Shown: piece by piece, positions 24,446 through 36,840 of the stretch
Position numbering within the stretch: the stretch's first letter is position 1
Layout: each line of letters starts with the position of its first letter
Assembly (NCBI GenBank): GCA_030141605.1
Contig: JAQGDQ010000590.1
Span: 70,190-134,189, forward strand
Direction of reading: 5' to 3'
Length of the DNA: 64,000 bases
From: Tubiluchus corallicola
Taxonomy: Eukaryota > Animalia > Priapulida
Made by a program: the position numbers and the translations under genes
Notes under the pieces: model-generated
What the model was told of the DNA's origin: nothing
The model's input: only the letters and a program-made list of their open reading frames with translations
Database searches by the model: none

Positions 24446-25343
24446 AGATGTATAAACGTGTGTCAAATGCCTTCGTCTAGTTTGCACTGAAAATGGTGGA
24501 CACACATTTTACTCTAGTTGCAAATTTTAGCAATTCTTACTCAAAATTTAACGGGCATTTATTTTTTTAACTTGTTTTAAAATCTCGGTATCTCGGGACA
24601 AATTAATGTTTATACACAAGCTATGGTTCATTTTCTTCGTATATAACATCGTGATCAAAAGTTGGGCACATTTTTTGCACCACCCAATATGTTCATTGTT
24701 ATATATGTAATGTAGTTGCTTGTGTGTTCAAACACAAAGTAATCAATATTTAATTTTATTATTATTGTTTAAATTCGAATTTGCAATGCACAACATATGT
24801 ATGTATATAAAATCATTATTTAACTTTATTATTATTGTTTAAATTCGAATTTGCAATACACAACATATGTATGTATATAATATAATATAATATAATATAA
24901 ATGTAAATTTTATTTATGTTATCTGCATAACCAATATGGCTGCTACAACATTTGTGAGTATCCATTATTTAGATCAGTTTTTCAACTGCATGGCCACAAA
25001 ATGAGGTAAATTATTAAAAATAAACTAGCAAACTCCAGGTGGGTAACTGAAAATCCAAATCTTGTAAATATTTGAAAATGCTAACATTTTGTTTATAAAT
25101 AAACTTATATAAACGTACAAAAGATGAAGATATTTGTTGATGTTTGTTGCTTACAATCGACGATGATACATTCCTAACTCTCAGAGAATGTCACGGCCAA
25201 GATAAGTGCAATCAATCATATTCCTTTGATCACGATGAATTCAACCAATCACAGTCCTTCACCGGGATGAATCTATCCAATCAGAATCCTTTTTGCTCAT
25301 GACGAGTACGAGTCCAACCAGCCACATTCCTTGTTTCTTGTGA

Positions 25344-26228
25344 TCAGTACGAATCCAACCAATCGCAGTCCACTGTGCATGTTTCCGCTTCTCGGAGTGG
25401 AGGGCATGGCAGGCCTCCATTTCTGGCCTTCTTTATCACTAGCCTCCGTCTGACTCGCGCGCCGAAACCACAGGTCTCGCTGCACTGGCTCCATTCGCCC
25501 CAATCGCCAACTCTGCAGTTCCGAGGTTTCCTCTTCCGCCCCTCCCTTCTCCTCTTGCTCCTCCTCATGTGTTTGTCGTCAGGATAGTAAACGTGCTGGA
25601 TGGTTTCCATCTGTCCCGCAGATGGATTAACGCCCATCGGCTCCATCGCCGTCGTGTCCTGTTGCCGAATCAGATCCAGTAACTCTTTCTTGAATTCCTC
25701 CTCATAGGAATCATCAGTTTCCGGTACTCTATCTCTGCCATTTGACTTCAGATCTTCTCTTCTTTTGTGGTAGTCTGGAATATTAGGTCGTCTGATCTTC
25801 AACTTCGCAATCTGGTCGCGAAGTTTCTGGAAATATTCCTTGCGTTCTTCAACGCTGAGTTTTTTAACGGAAGATCGATCATTGTTTTTCTGCACTTGCA
25901 CTTCTAATGTTGGCTTCTTTGTGCCCATAAGCTTTTCCTCGTTTATCTTCTCCAAATGTCCTTGCGCAACTCCTTCGACCAGTTCGTACTCGGCCAGCTT
26001 TTTGATGACCACGTGTCCGACACTTTGAATTTTCTCCTGCGGCATTGTTGATTTCATTTGATGCAATATCCACTTCTGCGCACCAAAGGTCACTCCACTT
26101 TCGGTATCGTCTTCTATGGGATAGAGGTCGATGCTTATGCTGTCTGTCCAAATGCCTCTGTCGCATAATTCTAGATCTTGAATTCCAGTAAACCAGTCTG
26201 AACCAGTCATGCGAACTGTTACTGAAAC
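25344..26228 (-). CDS. Spondin-like exon 3 (end of Spondin_N, linker, TSR)
   Basis: ttctttccag|GTT TCA; open frame to TGA at 25346-25344. Confidence 0.9.
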   Translation of the reverse strand, partial: VSVTVRMTGSDWFTGIQDLELCDRGIWTDSISIDLYPIEDDTESGVTFGAQKWILHQMKSTMPQEKIQSVGHVVIKKLAEYELVEGVAQGHLEKINEEKLMGTKKPTLEVQVQKNNDRSSVKKLSVEERKEYFQKLRDQIAKLKIRRPNIPDYHKRREDLKSNGRDRVPETDDSYEEEFKKELLDLIRQQDTTAMEPMGVNPSAGQMETIQHVYYPDDKHMRRSKRRREGRKRKPRNCRVGDWGEWSQCSETCGFGARVRRRLVIKKARNGGLPCPPLREAETCTVDCDWLDSY

Positions 26229-29200
26229 CTGGAAAGAATAAAGGATGCAAGAGTCGGTTGCCACTTGTAAAAAAGCTCATTAACTGTTTGATAAATCAGT
26301 TGCTTAAGTTTTCTTTGACGTAGTGGATCACTGGATCGTTGACAGCTCATGCATGCACTTGGTGGATGACTGGATCGTGGACTTGAAGCGGTGGACAGAA
26401 TGGATGGATCAAAAGATATACAGGTGGTTAGGTTTATGTTCGTTGCTTAGTTTGTCTGTTAATCAGGTAATTATAATGCTTTTGTTTGTTCGTCTGTCTG
26501 TCCTTAACTGTGATTAATAGGAAGTAAATCGTTAATCTTTCGAAGTGGAATTGAAACTAAAATTTTATTTGGTCAACCGGAAGTTCAACGCACATCAAGA
26601 GCTCGACATGGTCAAGTAGCACTTGACCAAGCAGCTGACCAACATTTTCTCCTGGCAAGTAATGAAATTTTAAAGCAAAAGAACTATTTATGTTTGTGAA
26701 CTATTTTTTTCAAATAAATGTGTGGCAAATCACAAATCATTTTTGCTGCTGCATTTAGAAATTTTTCTTCCCTTCTGCTGTCCCTGGTGTGTGCGTAGTG
26801 TCTGCAGTGGTGGCAGCACAGTCACTGATATCATTGTTGTTGACGATAGGTGGCAGTGGTTTCGTAATAACCACTCATTCACAATGATTACTGATTTTGG
26901 TCATTTTTACGGTCATGTTTACAGTTTAACACACTACAAGTACTTGTAAATACTGAACTATATTACCTGACTGTGCGCCCCATCACAAAAGAATTCGCAA
27001 GAAGAGTTGCCAACACCCTGGTCCACTGCCGGTGCCGTAAAGACGTCGAACACCCCCTGGTGACCTTGAACTACGTCATCAAAGTCTTCAGTCTCCCCTG
27101 CTTCGCTTGCTAGGTCGTGTTCAGCCCACACGGTGGATTTCTCAGAGTGGCTTCTACCTGTGTGAAAAAGTGTTATGTACTTCAATAATTTTGCACATGT
27201 CTAACATAAGATAAGACACGGTAACATAATATAAGGTAAGGTAAGGTAAGGTAAGATGAGAAGAGAGGATGTAAGGTGAGGTGACATAAGGTAAGGTAAG
27301 CAGAGATGATGCAAGTGAGGTAGGTTAAGACAGGATAAGGTAAACAGAGTTGAAATTGAGGTGAGGTGAGGTAAATTAAAGTAAGCAGGGACGAAGTAAG
27401 ATGAGGGGAGGTATGTTAAGGCAACAGAAAGGTAAGTCTATTAGCGTAAGATGAGATGGGGTAAAAAAAAAGCTAAGTACGGTGGGGTGAGATTAGGTGA
27501 GGTAGTGAACTAAAATGTGGTGAGGTAAAGTAAGCAGAGGTGAAGTAAGATAAGATGAGGTGGCTGAAGCAAGATGATGTTAGGTAATGTAAGAAAAAGC
27601 AAGGTCGGATGAGGTAGTGAAGTAAGATGAAATGAGATAAGGTAAAATGAGATGAAGTAAGGTAAGGTGAGGTGGGGCGAAGCAAGATGATATTAGTTAA
27701 TTAAGGTAAGGTTTGGTAGAGTGAGATAGTAAACTAAATGATGTGAGGTAAGGTAATGTAAAGTAAGGTGGAATGAGAAAATGAGACGAGTTGAAGTATA
27801 GGGTAACATGAGGTGAGGTGAGGTAGTGAAGTGAGATAAGGTGACGTAAGGTAACATGATGCGAAGTAAAACGAGGTAAGGTAACGAGTGGTAATACAAA
27901 ATAAACAAAACTTTATTCTAGGTAAAAAACAAACTATTAAAACACTAAAGTGGTTAAAATGCACTACATTTAGACATCATATCAATGCACTACTGCACAA
28001 CATTTAGACATGATGTCAATGTACTAATGCACTATATTTAGACACGATGTCAATGTACTAATGCACTATATTTAGACACGATGTCAATGTACTAATGCAC
28101 TATATTTAGACATGATGTCAATGTACTAATGCACTATATTTAGACATGATGTCAATGTACTAATGCACTACATTTAGACACGATGTCAATGTACTAATGC
28201 ACTATATTTAGACACGATGTCAATGTACTAATGCTCCACATTTAGACATGATATCAATGTACTACTGCACTACATTTAGACATGATGTCAATGTACTAAT
28301 GCACTATATTTAGACACGATGTCAATGTACTAATGCACTATATTTAGACACGATGTCAATGTACTAATGCACTATATTTAGACACGATGTCAATGTACTA
28401 ATGCACTACATTTAGACATGATATCAATGTACTACTGCACTACATTTTGACACGATATCAATGTACTAATGCACTATATTTAGACATGATATCAATGTAC
28501 TAATGCACTATATTCAGACATGATGTCAATGTACTAATGCACTATATTTAGACATGATATCAATGTACTACTGCACAACATTTAGACACGATATCAATGT
28601 ACTAATGCACTATATTTAGACATGATATCAATGTACTACTGCACTACATTTTGACACGATATCAATGTACTAATGCACTATATTTAGACATGATATCAAT
28701 GTACTAATGCACTATATTCAGACATGATGTCAATGTACTAATGCACTATATTTAGACATGATATCAATGTACTACTGCACAACATTTAGACACGATATCA
28801 ATGTACTAATGCACTATATTTAGACATGATGTCAATGTACTAATGCACTACATTTAGACATGATATCAATGTACTACTGCACTACATTTAGACATGATAT
28901 CAATGTACTAATGCACTATATTTAGACATGATGTCAATGTACTAATGCACTATATTTAGACATGATATCAATGTACTACTGCACTACATTTAGACATGAT
29001 GTCAATGTACTAATGCACTATATTTAGACACGATGTCAATGTACTAATGCACTATATTTAGACATGATATCAATGTACTACTGCACTACATTTAGACATG
29101 ATATCAATGTACTAATGCACTATATTTAGACACGATGTCAATGTACTAATGCACTACATTTAGACATGATATCAATGTACTAATGCACTACATTTAGACA

Positions 29201-30873
29201 TGATATCAATGTACTAATGCACTATATTTAGACACGATGTCAATGTACTAATGCACTACATTTAGACATGATGTCAATGTACTAATGCACTATATTTAGA
29301 CACGATGTCAATGTACTAATGCACTACATTTAGACATGATATCAATGTACTAATGCACTACATTTAGACATGATGTCAATGTACTAATGCACTATATTTA
29401 GACACGATGTCAATGTACTAATGCACTATATTTAGACATGATATCAATGTACTAATGCACTACATTTAGACATGATATCAATGTACTAATGCACTATATT
29501 TAGACACGATGTCAATGTACTAATGCACTACATTTAGACATGATATCAATGTACTAATGCACTATATTTAGACACGATGTCAATGTACTAATGCACTACA
29601 TTTAGACATGCTATCAATGTACTAATGCACTATATTTAGACATGATGTCAATGTACTAATGCACTATATTTAGACACGATATCAATGTACTACTGCACTA
29701 TATTTAGACATGATATCAATGTACTACTGCACTATATTTAGACATGATATCAATGTACTAATGCACTACATTTAGACATTATGTCAATGTACTAATGCAC
29801 TATATGTGAAAGTCATGTTTGAGGTTGTAGTTGAACACTTTGTCGAAAACGAATAAAACACTATACTACATATCTGCACAAAACTGAAAAGCGTTTAGAC
29901 TTTTAGACATTATATCAATACACCCACATAAGAAAGTTTTCGTTTTATGATTTAGTTTTGTTAACACCTTGGTGAATATACTTAAGCCTAGTAAGTACAA
30001 CTTCTAAAAGGGCACGTCCTTTGAAAACACAAGAAAAATCTTCCCTTACAAAAGCTTAAAGGAAGACAGGATGATTTTTCATATACTATCCTATTTTTAA
30101 GTCCGATAAAAAGTTTACAATTCAACACAATTAATACTACAAAACCATTTCTGATAATTAAATAATAGATTTAAAACTTTATTAACGGTGGGGGGGGCAA
30201 CAATGACGTTTGGGAAAGCAAAAATAGAAGTGCAGTGCTACTGTTAAATATTCAGTGTGTTGTATTAAAACTCGGGAGGCTTTAAGACAAAAATTCAAAT
30301 TTCAAATTTGCCGTTGTACTCACGAATGAACTATTGAACATGTGTAGCTCGTCACAAACTGACACATCTGGACTAAGAGGTACAGCACCTATTTTTGTGT
30401 AATGCGTTTCCAAAATGCAGGCGCTAATGCCCGTCTAACTAACGAATGGTGAAATGCATGTAACAGTGAAGAACTAGTGGGGTAAACGTGAAATTGTGTT
30501 TGTGTGGTAGTAATTCTTTCACGTAAGTCATTTTTGAAAAAATATTACGTTAACTTTCAATATTTTAAAGAGCAGATTGTTTTGATCTACAGTTTAAGAT
30601 TAGGTCTGGTTTTACTTTAATTAAAAAAATAGTCTTGAAATTTTATAGTTAAAAATCGAAATATTAATTTATTGATTTACCTCTTAATTCGGACCATCGA
30701 AATGATGTCTTATCCTTGAGACGCATTCCCGGAAATCGTTCCTGTGACCATTCTGCGTTAAACTGCAGACGGTAGCGTGCCAAAGTGACGTCACATCCGT
30801 TGCTGTTTCCGTAGAACAGTAGAAACAGTATCACAAAAGCTTGCTTCAGTATTAGAGCAGTGGACAAAGACAT
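25344..30873 (-). CDS. Spondin-2/mindin-like secreted protein (signal peptide + Spondin_N + charged linker + one TSR), 3 coding exons, 422 aa
   Basis: Exons 30873-30681, 27157-26967 and 26228-25344 with GT/AG boundaries and matching phases (1,0). Motifs ARYRLQFNAEWS..FP, WSELRGRSH, FTAPAV..GVG, SDWFTG..LELC..G.W; C-terminal TSR CRVGDWGEWSQCSETCGFGARVRRR...CPPLREAETC. Confidence 0.88.
26967..27157 (-). CDS. Spondin-like exon 2
   Basis: cacacag|GT AGA AGC CAC; donor CAG|GTAATA. Confidence 0.85.
27200..27895. repeat. Degenerate (GGTAA/GGTGA)n pentamer repeat
   Basis: Direct reading. Confidence 0.85.
27960..29805. repeat. 34-bp minisatellite (tttagacaYgatRtcaatgtactaatgcactaYa), about 54 copies
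   Basis: Period 34 (28021 to 28055); lies in spondin intron 1. Confidence 0.97.
30056..30620 (+). mobile_element. MITE family A copy (in spondin intron 1)
   Basis: ttaa|aggaagacagg...ttttact|ttaa. Confidence 0.8.
30681..30873 (-). CDS. Spondin-like exon 1 (signal peptide and start of Spondin_N)
   Basis: ATG at 30873; hydrophobic leader AFVILFLLF; donor G|GTAAAT. Confidence 0.85.
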
Positions 30874-31586
30874 ATCAAGTCACGGAGTAACAAAATAATT
30901 ATGTCAGTCCTGAAAATGAATTTAGCACGTTTTGTTTCTCTGTAAATGTTCTGTAAATGTCATTTCGCGAACGGACGCTTTCGCTTGTCAGACGCTCTAA
31001 GGTCACGTGGTGCGATTTACCGGGGCGCATCTAGATTTCACGACGCCCTAGGCTGATTGTTTTGTTCCGCAAATTTCTGTTCTGAGTTTACAGTTGTTTA
31101 TGTAATCAGTAGATTAAATAATTACTTGTGGTGTGTTATAAACATTATTAATCTAATTTCGACGTGGTCATTATTAATTACATGTATTTGCACACACTTA
31201 TATCTAAGCAGGCTGCACAACTCCTGGTTGTATAATACCTTGCGCCTGTTCGTTATGTTGCACATTTATAGAAGCTGCTCTCAATAACTGCCTGTTGTGT
31301 GTTATAAAATGCGCCCTTTACACGAAAGTATAAAGATTTTCTAAGGAGCATTTTCTAAAATGTAACGCCCCTTAAATTTTGGTGCTGTAGGCCATAGTTA
31401 AAGTATTAGTTAATACGCCACTGGGTTCACGTGACCCTAGAGCAAAGGCAAGGTTGATTCTACAATGCTAATGGTAGTCTGTCTACTAACGTAAGAGTAC
31501 CTAGTGAACTATGGACCTCGAAAAGAGTGAATTATTTTCTCATTTCTCAATTAAAAGAATTTAATCGAAATGGAACACCGAGGACT

Positions 31587-31731
31587 TGACTGACGCGCAT
31601 GCGCGAGTAGGTTTTTCGTTTCATTGTTCTAGATTTTTGTTAAACTTATGCAAGAGACGTGAATAATCTTAACAAAGATCTACAAAAATGAAACGCAAAA
31701 CCGACTCGCTCATGCGCATGCGCATCAGTCA
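31587..31731. repeat. Long imperfect palindrome (about 65-bp arms), MITE-like, with GCGCATGCGC motifs
   Basis: tgactgacgcgcatgcgcgagtaggtttttcgtttcatt... pairs with ...aatgaaacgcaaaaccgactcgc...gcgcatcagtca. Confidence 0.8.
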
Positions 31732-32392
31732 CGCATTTGTGAGTATTAGTACAAAAAGTCATCTGAATAACAATGCTATTTTTCAAATTTAATTTTAAGC
31801 ATCACTAAGAATGATTGTTTCAATGTTGGGGCCGCTTCGTTTCATCAGATGCTGTGACTGTACATTCATTAAAAAAAGTGGAAACTTCACAGAAGCGGTG
31901 ACTAAACTTGAAACTTGAATTTTGCTATGTCAGTGGTAGACTTACAGCTATGACATATTAGAAAATACTATGACATAGTAGTAGAGCATATAATAATTAA
32001 TAGTATTATACTGAAAACACAAGAACAGTTCGTAAATAAAAGTTTAAAAAATTCGTCTCGAGATTTTTGTATCACTTCCATACTGTCTTATTGCATACAG
32101 AGCTTGTATTAACAGCAACGCTGTATAAAACTTGTAGATTTAAACTCACGTGTTAACACAGTTATTTTAACGCAGGTTTAGTTGACATTGGGTAAAATTT
32201 GAAAAAAATCATCACAGTATTCTGAAAACACTCTGCTCTAATTAAGCAAAAGTCTAAATTACCAATAAGATCATTAATGTGTTTTTTTTTCGTGAGCCAG
32301 TGGTGCACACTGGGATTGTGGTGCTGTACGTTTTCACCAAGTGGCGGGATTATTTTTAATTATTGATAATTTCCAATTACACAAGTTGGCTA

Positions 32393-33338
32393 AGTATGTA
32401 AAAGTGGAGATGTGGAAGATAAGAAATTGTTCATTAACTATGTAAAAGTGGAGATGTGGAAGTTAAGAAATTGTTCAATAACTATGTAAAAGTGGAGATG
32501 TGGAAGATAAGAAATTGTTGATTAACCATGTAAAAGTGGAGATGTAGAAGATAAGAAATTGTTCGTTAACTATGTAAAAGTGGAGATGTGGAAGATGAGA
32601 AATTGATGATTAACAATGTAAAAGTGGAGATGTGGAAGATAAGAAATTGATGATTAACAATGTAACAGTGGAGATGTGGAAGATAAGAAATTGATGATTA
32701 ACTATGTAAAAGTGGAGATGTGGAAGATAAGAAATTGTTCATTAACTATGTAAAAGTGGAGATGTGGAAGATAAGAAATTGATGATTAACTATGTAAAAG
32801 TGGAGAGTGGAAGATAAGAAATTGTTGATTAGCTATGTAAAAGTGGAGATGAGGAAGATAAGAAATTGTTCATTAACTATGTAAAAGTGGAGATGTGGAA
32901 GATAAGAAATTGTTGATTAACTATGTAAAAGTGGAGATGTGGAAGATAAGAAATTGTTCATTAACTATGTAAAAGTGGAGATGTGGAAGTAGAAATTGTT
33001 GATTAACATGTAAAAGTGGAGATGTGGAAGTAAGAAATTGTTGATTAACTATGTAAAGTGGGATGTGGAAGATAAGAAATTGTTGATTAACTATGTAAAA
33101 GTGGAGATGTGGAAGATAAGAAATTGTTGATTAACTATGTAAAAGTGGAGATGTGGAAGATAAGAAATTGTTGATTAACTATGTAAAAGTGGAGATGTGG
33201 AAGATAAGAAATTGTTGATTAGCTATGTAAAAGTGGAGATGAGGAAAATAAGAAATTGTTCATTAACTATGTAAAAGTGGAGATGTGGAAGATAAGAAAT
33301 TGTTGATTAACTATGTAAAAGTGGAGATGTGGAAGTTA
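32393..33338 (+). repeat. 44-bp minisatellite, about 21 copies
   Basis: ctatgtaaaagtggagatgtggaagataagaaattgttgattaa. Confidence 0.97.
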
Positions 33339-34012
33339 TAATCAGGCAAATAAGTATAATATTAAGCAATACAATTTTGTGTGGATGCTTTTCTCATCAT
33401 ACTATAAAAATCCCTTTTCTTCCCCGTTCATTATTAATTCATGAATTATTGCTGATAGCCTACTGTTCGTTTGTGTAACTAGTATTCTACTAATTTTCTA
33501 ACTTACTGACCTGTGAGTTGGTAACTTTTTAACTTGGTAGAAAAATTCTTATTTTCGTCACGCGTGCAAAGAGAAACACACGACAATTATTTTGCCATTT
33601 TAACCAGGCAGATAGAGGCGAGACGATTACCATAAGAAAGACCTCTGCTCGTCCACATTTGAACTTGGTCTTGAACTAGAGTAATTAACCTAATGCAATG
33701 ACTGTGTGTCACGGTCGAGGCGTAGAAATACCTAAATTGTTTACAGCAATAATACTAACAAAGTGCTTTATTTTACAAACATAAACACAAGTAATATTAA
33801 CAAATCACACGCTTAAATAAATAACGCATACATGAACACGCCCCTACAAATACAAGGCTCTTTCTGAGCGACGTTGATAAAAAATATCATAATTTATAAC
33901 AAACACATCTACATAGCTATTATAGTGCTGAATGAAAACATAAATTCTTAGCAAAATTAGTTACTACTTCTTAATTTAGAATCACGTTTTGTTGAAATAT
34001 TATGCACCTAAA

Positions 34013-34390
34013 TAATCAACAATTTCTTAACTTCCACACCTGCATTCTTACGTAGTTAATTATCAATTTCTTAACTTTCACATCTCCACTTTTACATAGT
34101 TAGTCAACAATTTCTTATCTTCCACATCTCCACTTTTACATAGTTAATGAACAATTTCTTATCTTCCACATCTCCACTTTTACATAGTTAATCAACAATT
34201 TCTTATCTTCCACATCTCCACTTTTACATAGTTAATCAACAATTTCTTATCTTCCACATCTCCACTTTTACATAGTTAATCAACAATTTCTTATCTTCCA
34301 CATCTCCACTTTTACATAGTTAATGAACAATTTCTTATCTTCCACATCTCCACTTTTACATAGTTAATGAACAATTTCTTATCTTTTCAC
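34013..34390 (-). repeat. Same 44-bp minisatellite in inverted orientation, about 8 copies
   Basis: tagttaatcaacaatttcttatcttccacatctccacttttaca. Confidence 0.97.
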
Positions 34391-34439
34391 CCCCCCTCCT
34401 CTATCCAACAACAAGAACAACAATATCCAAGTGTAGCAA

Positions 34440-35160
34440 TTTGAGTGGGTGAGTGAATGAATGAGTGTGAGAGGGTGTATGTGAATGAGTGTATGATTGA
34501 GTGAGCGAGAGAGTGAGTGAGTGAGTGGGTGAGTAAGTGAGTGAGTGGATGAGTGAGTGTACCAATGAATGACTGAGTAAATGAGTGAGTAAGCCAATGA
34601 ATGAGTGAGTGAATGGGTGCGTGAGTGAATGAGTAAGTGAGTAAATGAGTGAGTGAGTGAGTGAGTGAGTGAGTGAGTGAGTGAGTGAGAGCGGGAGTGA
34701 CTGAGTGAGTGAGTGAATGAGTAAGTGAATGAGTGAGTGACTGAGTGAGTGAGTGAGTGAATAAGTGAGTGAGTGAGTGAGTGAGTGAGTGAGTGAGTGA
34801 GTGAGTGAGTGAGTGAGTGAGTGGATGAGTGAGTGAGTGAGTGTGTGCGTGAGTGAGAGAGAGAGAGAGAGAGAGACTAAGAGCGTGAGTGAGTGAATGA
34901 GTGAGTGAGTGAGTGGATGAGTGAATGAGGGAGTGAATGAGTGAGTGAGTGAGTGAGTGTGTGCGTGAGTGAGAGAGAGAGAGAAGAGACTAAGTGCGTG
35001 ACTGAGTGAGTGAATGAATGAGTGAGTGAATGAGGGAGTGAATGAATCAGTCAGTGATTGAGTGAAAGAATGAGTAGTGAGTGAGTGAGTGAGTAAATGA
35101 ATGAGTGAGTGAAAGAGTGAGTGAGTGAGTGAGAAAATGAGTGTGTGGGTGAGTGAGTGA
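34440..35160. repeat. (GAGT)n microsatellite
   Basis: Direct reading. Confidence 0.95.
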
Positions 35161-35619
35161 CGGCACTTTTTGACGGTATGCCGATAGATGGAGCTACTAC
35201 TAATTTCATAAACTTGACAATTTCCATATACTACAAATAATCACTTTTCCACTGTTGCACTGTAAAACACGGAATCTCGCCAGAGCTTCCTGGACGAAAT
35301 AAAGCTGGAATTTCCGCAGGGATTCTTCCCGGAATTACAGACATCTGAGGCATTTGCACCAGTGGCTTAAAAAGCCAAGCATAATATGTTAATCTGATTC
35401 TTTAAGCTGAAAAGCTGTCCAGCTATGCGTCCCTGCCTGTCTGTCTTCCTGTCTTTCTCCGCCCGTTATTTCAGAATTAACAAAGCGATGTGAGAGAAGC
35501 ATTCCTGACCAATTCTTGCATTTGCTTTTCCGGGTTGTGCATAAAGCATGGTTCACACTCACCTTTTAGATTATTGCATGAGGGCATTTCTAATGATTAG
35601 TATTTTGCAACAAACATTT

Positions 35620-36840
35620 TAGTCTTTATTGGTTAACATATTAACAATGTATTAGTCTTTATTCGTTAACATATTAACAATGTATTAGTCTTTATTCGTT
35701 AACATATTAACAACGTATTAGCCTTTATTCGTTAACATATTAACAACGTATTAGTCTTTACTCGTTAACATATTAATAACGTATTAGTCTTTATTCGTTA
35801 ACATATTAACAACGTATTAGCCTTTATTCGTTAACATATTAACAATGTATCAGTCTTTACTCGTTAACATATTAATAACGTATTAGTCTTTATTCGTTAA
35901 CATACTAAAAACCTATTAGTCTTTATTCGTTAACTTATTAAAAACCTATTCGTCTTTATTCGTTAACATATTAACAACGTATTAGTCTTTATTCGTTAAC
36001 ATATTAAAAACCTATTAGTCTTTATTCGTTAACTTATTAAAAACCTATTAGTCTTTATTCGTTAACATATTAACAACGTATTAGCCTTTATTCGTTAACT
36101 TATTAAAAACCTATTAGTCTTTATTCGTTAACATATTAAAAACCTATTAGTCTTTATTCGTTAACATATTAACAACGTATTAGCCTTTATTCGTTAACTT
36201 ATTAAAAACCTATTAGTCTTTATTCGTTAACATATTAACAACGTATTAGCCTTTATTCGTTAACATATTAAAAACCTATTAGTCTTTATTCGTTAACATA
36301 TTAAAAACCTATTAGTCTTTATTCGTTAACATATTAACAACGTATTAGCCTTTATTCGTTAACTTATTAAAAACCTATTAGTCTTTATTCGTTAACATAT
36401 TAACAACGTATTAGTCTTTATTCGTTAACATATTAAAAACCTATTAGTCTTTATTCGTTAACTTATTAAAAACCTATTAGTCTTTATTCGTTAACATATT
36501 AACAACGTATTAGCCTTTATTCGTTAACTTATTAAAAACCTATTAGTCTTTATTCGTTAACATATTAAAAACCTATTAGTCTTTATTCGTTAACATATTA
36601 ACAACGTATTAGCCTTTATTCGTTAACTTATTAAAAACCTATTAGTCTTTATTCGTTAACATATTAACAACGTATTAGCCTTTATTCGTTAACATATCAA
36701 CAACGTATTAGCCTTTATTCGTTAACTTATTAAAACCTATTAGTCTTTATTCGTTAACTATTAACAACGTATTAGCCTTTATTCGTTAACTTATTAAAAA
36801 CCGATTAGTCTTTATTCGTTAAGATATTAACAACGTACTA
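35620..36840. repeat. 33-bp minisatellite (32-bp variants), about 37 copies
   Basis: tagtctttattcgttaacatattaacaacgtat. Confidence 0.97.

Noticed and set aside
27200-27895. Interstitial telomeric repeat or donor-site array
   Set aside because: GGTAA/TTACC is not TTAGG(G), and the AGGTAAG matches are antisense to the spondin transcript.
27960-29805. CRISPR-like look of the 33-44-bp arrays (also 32393-33338 and 35620-36840)
   Set aside because: Units are directly abutting with no unique spacers, there are no cas genes, and the context is eukaryotic.
30905-31020. Unpaired acceptor upstream of the spondin ATG as evidence of trans-splicing
   Set aside because: A plausible donor (CCG|GTAAAT at 31020) gives an ordinary ~110-nt 5' UTR intron; nothing demands SL trans-splicing.
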